From assembly GCA_000388065.2 (NCBI GenBank), contig KB932201.1: 30,169 bases of DNA; one strand, written 5' to 3'. Of this stretch, positions 27,401 through 30,169 are shown piece by piece (position 1 is the stretch's first letter; each line of letters opens with the position of its first letter). The DNA comes from Fonticula alba ATCC 38817 (Eukaryota > Protista > Nucleariida). The notes beneath the pieces are model-generated. The model ran no database searches, had not been told where the DNA came from, and saw only the letters and a list, made by a program, of their open reading frames with translations. The position numbers and the translations under genes are program-made.

Positions 27401-28701
27401 CCACGCATACGCTCAGACTGTGCGCCAGCTCGAGGCCCCGGGCGAGGCGGGGCTGGCGATGGCCGAGAAGTTGGTCGCCGCTGCCCAGGCAGACCCGCTC
27501 CTTCGGCGGACGCGTCTCCTCCGGGCGGCTGAGCTGTCTCTGCGGGATCGTCGGGCTGGCACTGACCTGGCCGGCTTGTCGCCGACGGCTGCTCTGTGGC
27601 GTGCCTCGCGGCTGGCACGGTCCCTCGTCCCGGATCCCCGTCTGGCGCAGCATCTGCCAGCCGCCCTGACTCCCGCCCGCCGGGACATCCACTATGCGGC
27701 CCTGTTGCCGATCTACCAAAAGCGCATGCGCGAGCTCTACGATCTGTGCGTATTTCATCCCTGCCGGTTTGGAGGGCGGTTCTCTGGCAACTTGTCGCCC
27801 TCATCCTCGGTGCTCTGCCTTTCTTTCTCTTGCTCCCTCCTCTGCCTGGCCCTTTGTCGACCTATCTGCCTATCGATCTATTTGTCTTCCTCCCTCCCTC
27901 CCCCTCTCTCTCTCTCCCCCTCTGTCAACCACACACACACACACACACTCACTCTCTCTGCCCTCCCCTCCACAGCCTGGTCCAGGTGAGCCGCAGCTCG
28001 ATGCCGGAGGTCTCCATGGATGATGAAGCTCCAAAGACGGCAACCGGCTCCGATGCAGCGATCTCCACGCGTGACATTGACCCGTACATTTTGCGTCGGT
28101 TTGTGGACGTCTTCCACCGGATGCACCAGGTCAACTGGACTGTCTACCCGCTGGAGCCATATGATGTCGAGGTCAAGGGCGACCCGATCTTTACAGTGCG
28201 CCCCCCCCCCTCCCTCCCTTCTGGCTTGCTCACGCTGCCCGCCTCGTTCGCCGCTTCCACTAACAGCTCCTCTTCCACGCACACACACGCACACGCACAC
28301 GCACACGCACATGTAGATCCTTCAACAGCATAACTTCCTCTATGCCAGTGAGGACTACTTCAACATCTCGGCCGCATCGGCCATTGACCGCGGGGTGATG
28401 ACCTACTTCTATGAGACTGCCATCGGTACGCCCATGTGGCCTCCTGTGGCTCTCCCCCTCACCCCCCCCCCTTTCCCTGCCCCTCGCATACTCACGCCCA
28501 TTTGGCCGCGCGTCCTTCTCTTTCCAAGCCGAGATGCCCTTCTTCGAGCGCCTCTACTACTCGGTCTGGCGTCACCTGGCCCCGGAGTCGCTTGGCAACC
28601 GGGCGCACATGGCCTCGCCCATTCGCGCGGACTTCTCTCGCAATCACTTCCACTTCCGCCGCGGGCGCGATTACGCCTCCTACCCGGAGCTGTCCAAGTA
28701 G
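24404..28701 (+). CDS. Uncharacterised P-loop NTPase-fold protein with probable mitochondrial presequence (9 exons, 1,066 aa)
   Basis: Exons 24404-24746, 24873-25414, 25514-25813, 25983-26471, 26576-26671, 26817-27745, 27976-28195, 28317-28425, 28529-28701. Phases are consistent and the total is 3,201 nt. Walker A is MLLLIGQRGIGKT. The N-terminus (MLAPLARRSARAASLLPGRG) is Arg/Ala/Leu/Ser-rich with no acidic residues. Confidence 0.7.
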
Positions 28702-28943
28702 CAGGGCCCTTGTCAGCGCCCTTCCTCCTCCTACTCCCGCTCGCGTGCCAGCCACTCTCCCTGGCTCGCAGGCTTTACGTCCGCGTCCCACCCACCCCAC
28801 TCCTAGACCTCAATATACAGCTGCGCGAACACGTGAATTCTGCCCGTTCTGCGATTCCATACTGCACATCACGCGACACTCCTCGGTTGGGATCGCGCCT
28901 TTTTTCCGGGCGCCTGTGGGTTGGAGGACTGTGGGTATGCCGT

Positions 28944-28954
28944 ACGTGCGTGTG

Positions 28955-28994
<40 letters not shown>

Positions 28995-29016
28995 TGTATC
29001 TGTGTGTGTGTGTGTG
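28944..29016 (+). repeat. (GTGC)n / (GT)n microsatellite downstream of the P-loop gene
   Basis: Directly visible. Confidence 0.95.
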
Positions 29017-29324
29017 GCGCGGGCACATTGGCACGCCTACGGTGAACACACACCGCGGCGAAGGGCCCTACTGTGTTGGTGTTCCCTCCGGCGTTGAGAG
29101 CGCCGGGGGGGGGGGGGGGGGGGGGGGGGCGATGCGTCGGTGCTGATGCGCGCGCTTGGGTCCATTGCCCCTGCCGGGGGTTCACGGGGGCAATTGAATT
29201 GCTTCCGGGGCGGCCCCTGGCCGAGTGCCCGGGCAATCGGCACCCCTCCTCATCCCTCTCGCCTACCCTCTTGCTTGTTGTCTCTCCCTTTCCCCTGTTC
29301 CTGTCCTCTGCAGATCGCGCAGCC

Positions 29325-29429
29325 ATGAAGACTGTCGAGTCCGTCGCCCTTGAGGTCTTCGGTGTGTGCCTCCTCTCTGCCTGCCTCATGCTCTTGCGGT
29401 GTCCCTCTGCCGATGTGCTGACTCCGTGA

Positions 29430-29472
<43 letters not shown>

Positions 29473-29524
29473 NNNNNNNNNNNNNNNNNNNNNNNNNNNN
29501 NNNNNNNNNNNNNNNNNNNNNNNN

Positions 29525-29555
<31 letters not shown>

Positions 29556-30083
29556 CCCGGGGACAGGCCTCATTGATGACGACCAGCCGGAGGCCGCCCT
29601 CCGCAAGGTTCAGCAGTATTTCCGCAGCGTCAAGGGTGCCGAGCGTCATCCGACTCTGCTGTCGCTGCGGTCCCTGTGTCTCGTGCGCTCCGGCGAGACG
29701 GACAAGGCCCTGGCCGACGCCAACACCGTCATGCAGCTGGTCGATCGGACGCGTGCGCTGGACCAACTGTCCCTGCACGCGCTGTCGGTGGTCTTCACCT
29801 CGACTGACCGGCGTGCGTAGGCTGTTTCCTGCCTCCCTCCCTCGCCCGGTTCTTCTCTTTCCGCGTGGTCTGCACCGCCCTCTAACCATCTGGCCCGGCA
29901 GACTACGACTACTTTGACCTGCTGGACAAGCTGGTGGCCGCGGCCCCGCGCGGCAGCCCGCACCACTCGCACTACATTTGCCTGGCCTTCCTGTCACGGA
30001 TGGGCATGGTGTCGCCCTCATTGGCCGGCGCCGAGCTCGCGAGCGATGACCCTTACCGCGCCAACCTGACCCGGGTGCTGGCG
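29325..30083 (+). CDS. NAA25: N-terminal part of a NatB auxiliary subunit NAA25/MDM20-like TPR protein (truncated by the window end)
   Basis: Exons 29325-29361, 29567-29812, 29902-30083 with consistent phases. VFGLIDDDQPEAALRKVQQYF..LLSLRSLCLVRSGETDKALADANTV..DQLSLHALSVVF..LLDKLVAAAP..HSHYICLAFLSRMG follows my recollection of the NAA25 N-terminal TPR pattern (IYDYLD..KMAIQQADKLL..LKAIGLQRTGKQEEA..DDNSLQALTILY..YHSHLFMAYARVG). This similarity was judged from memory, not by search. Confidence 0.62.
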
Positions 30084-30169
30084 GTGCGTGCGCTCCTGGC
30101 CGGCATCCTCCTTCGTCCTGGGTCTTGTTTTGGAGCTCTCTCTCTCTCTCTCACCCCCCTCCCCCCCCC

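Noticed and set aside
28835-28941. EFCPFCDSILH and a nearby CGLEDCGY, suggesting an RPC11/RPA12-like zinc ribbon
   Set aside because: The two halves are in different frames, there is no start codon, and the segment sits in the 3' flank of the P-loop gene.
29567-30083. Coatomer epsilon (COPE/SEC28) as the identity of the last gene
   Set aside because: It is TPR-like, but the order and spacing of motifs fit the NAA25/MDM20 N-terminus better.

Overview
This is a GC-rich eukaryotic genomic scaffold with five N-gaps, not prokaryotic DNA. The style resembles a protist such as Fonticula, but that is only an impression. Manual splicing gives eight intron-containing genes whose exon phases are mutually consistent: (+) a ~2,550-aa polyQ/low-complexity protein with leucine-rich repeats; (+) mitochondrial 3-hydroxyisobutyrate dehydrogenase; (+) RNA polymerase III subunit RPC34; (-) GPR89/GPHR Golgi pH regulator; (+) an EPLIN-type LIM + fimbrin-type CH protein; (-) a two-RRM nucleolar-type protein; (+) a ~1,066-aa P-loop protein with a probable mitochondrial presequence; and (+) the 5' part of a NAA25/MDM20-like TPR protein that runs off the window. 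I found no rRNA, tRNA, CRISPR array or mobile element. The most unusual signals are: (1) a 5' splice-site consensus GTGCGY, with C at +4 in 31 of 34 modelled introns and never A; (2) the LIM-CH-half-LIM protein architecture; (3) strand-polarised simple repeats, with C/CA/CT in introns, poly-G upstream of start codons and TG in 3' flanks; and (4) the unassigned P-loop protein.
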